Below the pieces are notes generated by a model. That model ran no database searches and was not told where the DNA came from. It saw only the letters and a list, made by a program, of their open reading frames with translations. Positions 1 through 8,800 of a stretch of 64,000 bases of DNA are shown here, one piece after another; within the stretch, counting starts at the first letter, position 1, and each line of letters starts with the position of its first letter. A program made the position numbers and the translations under genes. This DNA comes from a virus, in IMG/VR virus record IMGVR_UViG_3300035181_002522, positions 1 to 64,000 of that record. One strand, written 5' to 3'.

Positions 1-87
1 CGATAATTGAGAAAATGGTTTTTGGAAATCTGAAGCCATACGTTATATGCTACCCTGAGTGTGAGTTCTTGATTTATTTATGTAATG

Positions 88-1068
88 TGGAACTGCTACG
101 AAAACTGACAGACTAAGGGTCTTGTCTGCGTCTCTGCGCGCTTATCTTCAGCTTTTTCAAAAATGTAGCACTCATAAAATGAGATTTAATTGCCTCTTTT
201 TTGTATCAGGGGGAACTACTACGAAAACTGACAGACTAAGGGTCTTGTCTCTGTCTCTGCGCATTTCTCTCAGCTTTTTCAAAAACGTAGCCTTTATGAA
301 ATTCACTTCTGTGCAATTTTAAAATTCAGCAAATAGGTTCATTCATAATTTCAATCAAAATTCAACAGGGGTGACCTGCGTCATTCAGTTCATCTGAATT
401 TCTTTTTTTCTATTTTAACTTGTCTTGCATCATCTTTGTCTTTTTCCAAAACATAGCGTTTTTGAAAAGGAGGTAAATTAAGCCCTCTTTTTTGTATCAG
501 CGAACTGCTACGAAAACTGACAGACTAAGGGTCTTGTCTCTGTCTCTGCGCATTTCTCTCAGCTTTTTTAAAAACGTAGCACTCATAAAAAAAGAGACAA
601 TTAAGTCTCTTTTTTATGAACTAATGAAGTACTACGAAAACTGACAGACTAAGGGTCTTGTCTCTGTCTCGCAATTTCTTTTTCGTCTTTTTGAAAACGT
701 AGCCTTTTTGTATCGATGAACTGCTACGAAAACTGACAGACTAAGGGTCTTGTCTGCGTCTCTGCGCGCTTATCTTCAGCTTTTTCAAAAATGTAGCCTT
801 TATGAAATTCACTTCTATTCAATTTTAAAATTCAGCAAATAGGTTCATTCATAATTTCAATCAAAATTGCACAGAAGTGACCTGCGTAATTCAGATGAAC
901 TGAATTTCTTTTTTTCTTTTTGACTAGTCTCGCTTGCAAATATTTCTCTCGGCTTTTTCAAAAACGTAGCCTTTTTGCGAACTACTACGAAAACTGACAG
1001 ACTAAGGGTCTTGTCTCTGTCTCTGCGCATTTCTCTCAGCTTTTTTAAAAACGTAGCCTTTCCTCATC
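88..1068. repeat. Modular non-coding repeat array 1 (6 copies of ~80-bp core A plus hairpin module B and AT-rich module C)
   Basis: Core AAAACTGACAGACTAAGGGTCTTGTCT starts at 101, 224, 513, 637, 729 and 990. Each core lies inside (G/A)CTACG...(C/T)GTAGC. Spacers are recurring modules, not unique sequence. Confidence 0.95.
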
Positions 1069-1070
1069 AC

Positions 1071-1077
1071 ATAAATA
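1071..1077 (+). promoter_or_regulatory. T4-like late promoter motif (ATAAATA)
   Basis: Lies just before RBS GGAG and the ATG at 1096. The same motif precedes many structural genes in the window. Confidence 0.55.
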
Positions 1078-1095
1078 AAATTTTGGAGAAAAATC

Positions 1096-1323
1096 ATGTT
1101 CGTCTATTCAAATAAGTCACAAAGAGAAGAAAATATAGAAAGACCAATTGTCTCAGTTGACAAGTGGAAGACATTGTCATTTGATGAATTGTTAGAGCAA
1201 AAGGATATTTTATTTGGCCGAATGGAATTTATTGCTAAGCATAACCCTGATAATGTTAAGATTTTTTTAGAAGGTTTAGCAAAAATCGATATTTTAATAA
1301 CTGAGAAGATTAATGAGCAGTAA
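1096..1323 (+). CDS. hypothetical protein
   Basis: 75-aa ORF with GGAG RBS and late-promoter motif. Confidence 0.75.
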   Translation: MFVYSNKSQREENIERPIVSVDKWKTLSFDELLEQKDILFGRMEFIAKHNPDNVKIFLEGLAKIDILITEKINEQ

Positions 1324-1360
1324 ATAGTAGATAAACAAATTTATCTTGTGGAGAAAATAA

Positions 1361-2107
1361 TTGAAAATTAGCTTTAAAGATTACTTATTAGAGCGCGATT
1401 ATAATTCGGTTAGTACTAGGTTAGAATACCATGACACCTTAAATCCTGCTTTATGGCGCGGCACTAAGTTAAATGAAAAAGTTGCTGAGGCATTAAAACG
1501 AATTGCTAGAGAATTTATTTCTACACTAGAGATTCCTGTTAGTTCGGTCATTGATATTGTTATTACAGGTTCAAACTGTAGTTTCAATTATAGTAGCTTA
1601 TCCGATTTAGATGTTCACTTGATAATTGATGAAAAACTCGCGTGCCCAAACTGTAGAGGTAGTTTTATTGAAGATTGTTTTAGAGCAAAGAAAACTGTTT
1701 GGAATTCCACGCATAATATTAAGGTGAAAGGTTATCCAGTTGAATTATACGCTCAACCAAAAGATGATAAACTTGTTGCGGCTGGAATTTATAGCTTACA
1801 ACAAAATGCATGGTTAAAAAAACCTAAACATCGAACCGATATCGACGTAAATGATAGCACTGTAAAGGCTAAAGCTGATGAGTTTATGGCATTGATTGAT
1901 GATGCAATTGATGCTAATAGCACTGATAGAGACTTTTTTAATGACATAAAAGCAAAGATAAAACGCTTACGTCAAACAGGTTTAGAAAAAAAATCAGAAT
2001 TTTCTACTGAAAATTTAGCATTTAAAGCAATTAGAAATAACGGCTATCTTGATAAACTTGACAATTATATGAAAGATTTAACCGACAAGTCGTTAAGTTT
2101 AAAATAA
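1361..2107 (+). CDS. Pol-beta superfamily nucleotidyltransferase with putative capsid-targeting N-terminus
   Basis: ITGSN...SDLDVHLII (GS-x-DxD) and YPVELY third-carboxylate strand; N-terminus MKISFKDYLLE; TTG start after GGAG. Confidence 0.8.
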   Translation: MKISFKDYLLERDYNSVSTRLEYHDTLNPALWRGTKLNEKVAEALKRIAREFISTLEIPVSSVIDIVITGSNCSFNYSSLSDLDVHLIIDEKLACPNCRGSFIEDCFRAKKTVWNSTHNIKVKGYPVELYAQPKDDKLVAAGIYSLQQNAWLKKPKHRTDIDVNDSTVKAKADEFMALIDDAIDANSTDRDFFNDIKAKIKRLRQTGLEKKSEFSTENLAFKAIRNNGYLDKLDNYMKDLTDKSLSLK

Positions 2108-2215
2108 CTAGTGATTATTAGTCCAAATTCCAATTATTGTAGCAATTACAGTGATAATTACTAAGATAATAGCTTGTTCAATCACATTTAAAGTATGTAC
2201 CCACAAGGCAAACAT
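2108..2215 (-). CDS. small membrane peptide (35 aa)
   Basis: Manual translation MFALWVHTLNVIEQAIILVIITVIATIIGIWTNNH; GAGG upstream. Confidence 0.4.
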   Translation of the reverse strand: MFALWVHTLNVIEQAIILVIITVIATIIGIWTNNH

Positions 2216-2243
2216 AATTAATTAGCTACCTCGTGAATTAACA

Positions 2244-3341
2244 TCATATAGTTTCCGAAGTCCAACGAGCTTTTAGAAAATGTTTAGTATAAAATTGATT
2301 TATGCTAACTTCTTTGCCTTGGTATTTTTCCATTAACAACCAGAAGAATTTATGATTTCTAAGAGTAATTGCAAATTCTTTTCTATCAAGTTGCTTATGC
2401 TGTTCAAAGATAGAGTCAATTTCAGTTGACATATTTACTAAAAATTCGACAATTTCTTTTTCAATCTCGGTTATCTTAGAAAACAACTCAGGCTCATCTA
2501 AACCAGCGATATACGATTTAAGGTCATCAAGTGTTTCTTCAACTACTGCTTCAGCAACATTTCGTTGAGTCAGGGCCGTCATCATATGATGACGGTCTAA
2601 ATACCATTTTGTTTTTGCTTTAACCATTTCACCACTTTCAAACTGAATTGAATAACCTTCGAAATTTTCAATGGTTTCCAGCTCTTGCTTGATAAGGTCA
2701 TATGATTCAAAATTAAATTCTTTAACGAGCTCAATATCCCATTCGATCGCCAAGGCCTCAAGCTCAGTTCTAGTCAAATAACGACCAGACACATTCTCAC
2801 GAGCATGCAACAACACTAATTTTTCGGTTGGATATTTGATGACAATGCGGTTGCGCGGCGTCGTAAATTCAAAGGTAGGTGTTATACCTTTCTCTAAACA
2901 CACATGACTAAATGCTCGATCATTAACGGTTGCTATGGCATTTGCAATTATTGCAACATCGCTTTCAAAAACTTTCTTAGATTTAAATTGCACAACACCA
3001 TTAACAATAACTGGATTTATCATTGAACCATCTCGCTTCTCCATCATGCGAGTTACTTGAGCCCAATCAATATTTCCAACTTGAGTTTCTTGACGTTCAC
3101 CGACGTTAAAAAATTTATGCAAAGGGCGACATGCGATAACTCCAGTTGGGTCGAAGGTGATACCGCGGCATTCTTTCACAAAGGCAGCGTCAGGACCAGC
3201 GTATAATTCAGAGTTAGAAATCATTACGCAGGCAACAGTGAAGCCGTTCTGTAGCGTCGTAAATCTGATTTCAGGGTGGTGTTCAACCACAGGTTTTAAA
3301 TCAGTTAGTGTGCGAATTATTGGAAAAATAGAGCTTGCCAT
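2244..3341 (-). CDS. rnlA: RNA ligase 1 (T4 Rnl1/gp63-like)
   Basis: ECRGITF, PLHKFFNVGE, motif I EKRDGS, EGYSI and KAK motifs; likely start MASSIF at 3341. Confidence 0.9.
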   Translation of the reverse strand: MASSIFPIIRTLTDLKPVVEHHPEIRFTTLQNGFTVACVMISNSELYAGPDAAFVKECRGITFDPTGVIACRPLHKFFNVGERQETQVGNIDWAQVTRMMEKRDGSMINPVIVNGVVQFKSKKVFESDVAIIANAIATVNDRAFSHVCLEKGITPTFEFTTPRNRIVIKYPTEKLVLLHARENVSGRYLTRTELEALAIEWDIELVKEFNFESYDLIKQELETIENFEGYSIQFESGEMVKAKTKWYLDRHHMMTALTQRNVAEAVVEETLDDLKSYIAGLDEPELFSKITEIEKEIVEFLVNMSTEIDSIFEQHKQLDRKEFAITLRNHKFFWLLMEKYQGKEVSINQFYTKHFLKARWTSETI

Positions 3342-3346
3342 AATAA

Positions 3347-3502
3347 TCACCAAAAAGTTTCTTTCCAAGTTAGAAATTGAAGTTTAATTTGCTCGAATAT
3401 CGCGATTTTGTGAAATAGACACAATTCACCAATGCAAATAAACGCTGTGCTAATAGGAATTGTAATTAAGATAATTAAACCTATTAGCCTAAAGAACCAC
3501 AT
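3347..3502 (-). CDS. small hydrophobic hypothetical protein (51 aa)
   Basis: Manual translation MWFFRLIGLIILITIP...; tightly packed between neighbouring ORFs. Confidence 0.45.
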   Translation of the reverse strand: MWFFRLIGLIILITIPISTAFICIGELCLFHKIAIFEQIKLQFLTWKETFW

Positions 3503-3504
3503 TA

Positions 3505-3663
3505 CTAACTTATTACTAATTCATCATCTGAAATTTCTACTTCTATAGCATATGCCGTAGAAAAATCAGGGTCAGAGCTTGGGAAAGCAACCCGTAAAGA
3601 AGAAAGATCAACACCAGCATTAGCTGCTTGAAGTAGGATTTCTAAAAGTTGTTGTGCATTCAT
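3505..3663 (-). CDS. small hypothetical protein (52 aa)
   Basis: Manual translation MNAQQLLEILLQAANAG...; downstream of a sigma70-like promoter. Confidence 0.55.
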   Translation of the reverse strand: MNAQQLLEILLQAANAGVDLSSLRVAFPSSDPDFSTAYAIEVEISDDELVIS

Positions 3664-3699
3664 CGTAGTTTCTCAGCAAAGTTCTTTAAGATGTATTGT

Positions 3700-3728
3700 A
3701 TCATACTACATTTTAATACGAAAGTAAA
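3700..3728 (-). promoter_or_regulatory. sigma70/early-type promoter
   Basis: TTTACT-17 nt-TATGAT on the minus strand, upstream of 3663 and the RNA ligase. Confidence 0.55.
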
Positions 3729-3758
3729 TAGCAAAGAATGATAAGCATTTCAAAGTAT

Positions 3759-3971
3759 TTAAATTGCATCTAAAACATGTAAAATAAACACCAAATTGAT
3801 AACTGATATTGAAATTGCTACAACGCTAATCCATTTGCTTAACGCTGAGCTGAACTTGACTTCAGCCATATTAGTAAAAACATTTTTGAGGTCGTCACCC
3901 TGTTTTTTTACAGTGCTTTTTAATCCGTCAAAATCTTCTTTTGTGATGTGTTGATCGCTTAATACTCTCAA
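3759..3971 (-). CDS. small protein with C-terminal transmembrane segment
   Basis: 70 aa; amphipathic N-terminus and hydrophobic C-terminal stretch. Confidence 0.6.
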   Translation of the reverse strand: MRVLSDQHITKEDFDGLKSTVKKQGDDLKNVFTNMAEVKFSSALSKWISVVAISISVINLVFILHVLDAI

Positions 3972-3980
3972 ATATCCCCC

Positions 3981-4565
3981 TTATTTTTCTATGATTTTTG
4001 TTTTTTGAATTTTAAATACATTTGAAACGACTTTAACCGCTTCAGGTAGTAGCTTTTCTTTTTGTTTTTTAACTTGCTGTGGCATCATTGTATCGAATTG
4101 GTTAAAGTCTAACTTTATCTCTGATACTGGTTTTTTGTTTATGATTGGTTTAGTAAATTGAATTTTTGGTTTTTCAATAACTGTTTTAGAATTAACCGCT
4201 GGTTGAGCGGCCTCATTTTGAATAGGTTTTGCGGTTGGTTGAGGTTGTTCAACTTTTTTTGATTCAACTGCTTGAACCGTTATGCCACCACTACCAATTG
4301 AAACTCGCTGTTTAACAGGTATAAACAATTTTCCATTTAATAAAACTTCAATGGTAAGTACATGCTCACCTTGAGCAAAAAGTTCTGACAAGATTGGGAA
4401 TGTGACCTCATATTCTCCAGTTTGAATAAGTTTAGCTGGAGCTAAGAGTTTTAATTTATCTCCTAATGTCACCCTTACTTCAGTTGGTTGAGAACTTGTG
4501 CCTGAGATGGCTAAGTTAAATGAAAGTTTTACTTCTTCGCCTAATTCAAATGACGTGAATTGCAT
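3981..4565 (-). CDS. hypothetical (probably virion-associated) protein
   Basis: 194-aa ORF coupled to 4565..4903 in the structural operon. Confidence 0.7.
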   Translation of the reverse strand: MQFTSFELGEEVKLSFNLAISGTSSQPTEVRVTLGDKLKLLAPAKLIQTGEYEVTFPILSELFAQGEHVLTIEVLLNGKLFIPVKQRVSIGSGGITVQAVESKKVEQPQPTAKPIQNEAAQPAVNSKTVIEKPKIQFTKPIINKKPVSEIKLDFNQFDTMMPQQVKKQKEKLLPEAVKVVSNVFKIQKTKIIEK

Positions 4566-4903
4566 TATTTTTTCTCAGTTGAAATTTTTAAGTTTGAGAT
4601 TTCTACTTCTTGATGTGAAACAGTCTCAATATTTATGGCTGACATTACAATCATTGGAATAACATCATTCATTGAATTTTCTAATGATTGCTCATAAGTT
4701 TTACCATGTAACGTGATCGCAACATTCATGTGCGATGCTTCCAAATGATTAATTACAGCATCTTCTTCATGCTCAGCTCCCCAATTGCGATATGCTACAT
4801 GCTGTTGGTGTGGCTTGTTAACTGTATTTACAACAAACGATCGACGGCGACAAGCTAGTGAGTTTATTGTAAAAGCATTAATAGAACATGAATTAATTGC
4901 CAT
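4565..4903 (-). CDS. hypothetical protein
   Basis: 112-aa ORF with overlapping start/stop codons on both sides. Confidence 0.7.
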   Translation of the reverse strand: MAINSCSINAFTINSLACRRRSFVVNTVNKPHQQHVAYRNWGAEHEEDAVINHLEASHMNVAITLHGKTYEQSLENSMNDVIPMIVMSAINIETVSHQEVEISNLKISTEKK

Positions 4904-5838
4904 TATGGAGCCACGGTTCTTTCTTTATAAGCTGTAATAATAAATGCCGCCGACCAATCTGAATCTGAAATATTATGCGTCTCAACTCTAATAAAATACC
5001 CGTGTGGCAATTTTAAACAATCTTCAGATACTAATCGCATCGGTTGACCACTTGAGCCAATCACTGGTAATTTATGCATGATACGATGAACCACTTGTTC
5101 ATTAACATTTATTTTATAAAGACCAGTCTTTGTGAAATTTGGACTTAAACCATTTGTTTCAGAATAATCCCAATCACCATCTTTACTAAAAGTTCTACTT
5201 AACAAATGTGGTTGGTCAGCAAAACCGTGTGTTCCAGTTCCAGGACCACCATGTGAAAATGACACATACCCATCAGTGTCAACTATTAAGTCTAAATTTA
5301 CTAACTGCTGTAAATGGCTTCCTTCAGCTAATATATGAGCATTTATGTAATCACCAACATGAGCTCCTTCCCACATCATAAAACCCTCATGGATATAAAC
5401 ATCACCAGCTAAAGTTTGGTCAAATGCCATATCAACATACTTAATTGGGGTACCTGGTTCATTTTTAATTGCGAGTAAATCACTAGTTCCCATGGTATGA
5501 TTTTTATCATCGTCACCTGCTCCAATCCATGTTGAATAGAACTGCTTACCAGTAACTACAGGCTTAGAAGATGAGTGAACCCAAATTTTATTACCAACTT
5601 CAGACCGTGGCAAATCATCATTACCTAAGAACCATTTCCAACCATCAACCGGTGAAAAATCAATTTCACCATTGTTGACTATAATGTCATTATCTGAAAT
5701 TAGGGTGAACAGTTCTGAGCTTGTTCGCCAAGTTCCAATTACAATTGAACTTACCTCATAGACTTCTCCAACCTGAAGATCTTTACCTTCAAAGCTGAGA
5801 ACCCGTGTAGTGTTATTTTTTAAATAAACTAAATGCAT
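4903..5838 (-). CDS. putative virion structural protein
   Basis: 311 aa, beta-rich, directly downstream of the long tail-fibre gene. Confidence 0.65.
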   Translation of the reverse strand: MHLVYLKNNTTRVLSFEGKDLQVGEVYEVSSIVIGTWRTSSELFTLISDNDIIVNNGEIDFSPVDGWKWFLGNDDLPRSEVGNKIWVHSSSKPVVTGKQFYSTWIGAGDDDKNHTMGTSDLLAIKNEPGTPIKYVDMAFDQTLAGDVYIHEGFMMWEGAHVGDYINAHILAEGSHLQQLVNLDLIVDTDGYVSFSHGGPGTGTHGFADQPHLLSRTFSKDGDWDYSETNGLSPNFTKTGLYKINVNEQVVHRIMHKLPVIGSSGQPMRLVSEDCLKLPHGYFIRVETHNISDSDWSAAFIITAYKERTVAP

Positions 5839-5851
5839 ATTTTTAACTCGA

Positions 5852-8800
5852 TTATGTTAAGTTAGTTGAAAAATCGACCTGTACGTCTGCTAAAGTATTT
5901 GCTATCACCATCATATGAAGCAAACAAAAACATCTACTTGGAGCTGTTTGACCTGCGGCACCTCTCATATAGACCGCAATCATATCACCAGCGCTAAAAT
6001 TAATTGGTGATGTAAATGTTGTTTTTCTAAACGCTCTGGCATTTCTCAACGGCACTACCAATGGTGTTGTTGTACTTGCCGGTGTACCCCATGGCGCAAC
6101 GTGTATCTCAACATCTACGCCAGCGTTTGAAACCCCATTCGTAAATGTGATTCCCAACAATTGACTATCCCATGGAACAATATGCGGAGTGATATTAGAA
6201 GGAACAATAACATCATCACATCCCATAAAGATATTTACACCTGCTCCACTTTGAGTTCCAAAATCCATTGTGTAAGTTTTACCAATAGGATTTAATGCTG
6301 ATAATGAACCATTTTTCCATTTACCAGCTGTGCCATCATAAATTAATATCTGGCCATCAGCAGGTGCGCTAATTGTGGCATCAGTCAATGCAGATAATGG
6401 ACCACTAACGGCAATATCTGCTTGGCCAGAACCTCCATTTGAAACTGAAACAAGGCCACCTATAAAATTAAGCTCAGTAAATGGCGTTCCTGTCACATAA
6501 ACATTTTCATCTTTTACATTAATCGTGCTTCCACTTCCGGCTGGACCTGCATTACCCTGAATGCCCTGAATACCTTGTGGTCCTTGTGGTCCTTGAATTC
6601 CTTGGATACCTTGTGGGCCACTTGGGCCAACCGCCCCAGTCAACTTCACTACTGATACCATAGCACTTAATGATAATGTATCAGTACCAGTTGAAGTACT
6701 AATTTGCACTTGAATTGTATCAGCTGCCGTTAAATTTGCAACAAAAGTATTATCAACTGTACCAGTCGTACTTGCAGCAAAAGTAAATGTCGCTATAGAA
6801 CCTACTAGTAAAGTTGTACCATTTTTAATAACTCTAGTTGTTATTGTTCTAGTAGCTGCTCTTGAAGCCACTGGCAATGCATAAGAAATTTGATAATAAC
6901 CAGTTTGACCTACCGTAATATTTGCGCCAGATACCCAATTTAAAGCGGCTGCATTATTTTCATAGGTAACTGAACCCCAAGAAATACTAGTGAACGTAGT
7001 CGTAATAGTTGAAGTTGCTGAGTTTGCTAACTGAATAACCGTTTGGTCAGCTGATGTGACAGTATTTGCAATTGTCAAGGTCTCATTTGCACCAGAATTA
7101 TTCACAGTCAATGATATGCCAGTACCAGCGATAATTTTACTTGCCAAATAGCCGGAAGTTGTATCAGAAGCGTCAACCTTTACAAACTTATCGGTTGTGA
7201 TAACTGGTTGATATGATACCCCGGTAGCCGATGTGCTATCAGCCATTAAGAACAGGCCACTTGTGCCAACGGTTTGCGCAACATTATTAGAACCATTGAA
7301 TATGATTAAATCTCCTTTCGCAACTCCAGGGCTCAATGCATTAAATGCTGCAGTTTTAGTAGTTTGCCCAGTTCCACCTTTACTGATTGGCACTGTATTC
7401 AATGTGAATGGAATAGAAGTAGTACCAGAACCAGTTCCATCACCTGATATTGTGATAGTTTGATTTGCTGTTAAATATGGCTGACTAGTTGCTGAAGTCA
7501 CAATACCTTTAGCATTTACAGTTAAACTGTTATATGTGCCAGCTGTAACCCCAGAATTAACCAAGGTTGCGGTTATTGCCGTAGTACCAGAACCAGTCAC
7601 ATCGCCAGATAACGTTATGCTTTGATTTCCTGTTAGATACGCAATTGTTGAACCAGCGGTTGCTCTACCATATGCATCTACAGTCAAGTTATTATATGTG
7701 CCAGCTATAACTCCAGATGTCGATAAATCAATGTTATCCGCGTTAATAACAATTCGACTGGTTGATGCACTACCAACATCTAATGTATTACCAGTTTTTG
7801 TTAAACCGGCTCCAGCTGTAATTTGACCAAGACCATTAAATTGCGTAAAAACTAAATCTGTGGTTCCTAACGTAATTGGATTGGCTGTAGTTAATGTCCA
7901 ACCAGAACTGGCATTTACTGTTCCTTGTTCGACATACGTATACAGGCCAGAGGTGACTTCACTTGTATTACCTGAATTATCCGCGTCCGTCGATCTTGAC
8001 CAAGTTCCAGTTGCAACAACATAAATTCCATTTTGAGAACCAGTTGTTTGATTTTTAACTAAAACTCGATCACCAGCAACAACAGCTATTCCATCAATCA
8101 TCTGAGTTCCAGATAAAGTAATATTTGCTGTGGTAGCTACTCGAACTGAATTCTTAAAGTCAAGGCCGGTGATTGCATTGTCAACATATTGTTTGGTTGC
8201 CGCGTGTAAGGCTGCAGTTGGGTCACCACTCAAAGTCAAAAGTCCTGACATCGTATCACCAGCTTTATTGACTGGTGTATAACCAAGAGCCGTGGTGATA
8301 TCGCTAGAACTTACTGCTGAAATTGCTGAAACACGACCTTTAGCATCAGTTGTAATTTTGACAAAGCTATTTGATACAGGAGTACCGATATTAGCCAAAC
8401 TTGTAGTTGTAGACCCAGCCGCCAAAGTAATATCGCCAGTAAGAGCTGGCATTATAATATCCCATGCTGAACCATTATCGCGATATAGAGCATATGTGTC
8501 TGTTGACACATAATAACGGTTTGCTGAACCAGCTATTGGTCTACTTGCTAAAGTTCCAGAACTGATTGAATTAAAGTTGCCACCATTTATCACCTGTAAT
8601 GAGTTTGCAACATTACCTAATCCAACATCAGTAGAATTTAAAGTTACTATTCCAGTTTTACCAGCAACTGAACTTACTGGAAATGAAATGTTTACGTTTG
8701 AAACAGTGGTTATTAAACCTTTAGCATTTACTGTAAATTGTGGAACTGTTGTAGCACTTCCAAAAGAACCCACATTGGCGTTGACTGAATTTAACGTAAG

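Noticed and set aside
113-120. Telomere-like TAAGGG in the repeat core
   Set aside because: Single hexamer per unit in a hairpin loop, not tandemly iterated.
122-322. ORFs inside the arrays (122..322 and 62981..63259)
   Set aside because: Repeat copies differ by frame-breaking indels in homopolymer runs and lack an RBS; these are chance open frames.
88-1068. CRISPR array interpretation of the repeat arrays
   Set aside because: Intervening sequences are themselves repeated modules of very unequal length rather than unique ~30-40-bp spacers, and no cas genes are visible.
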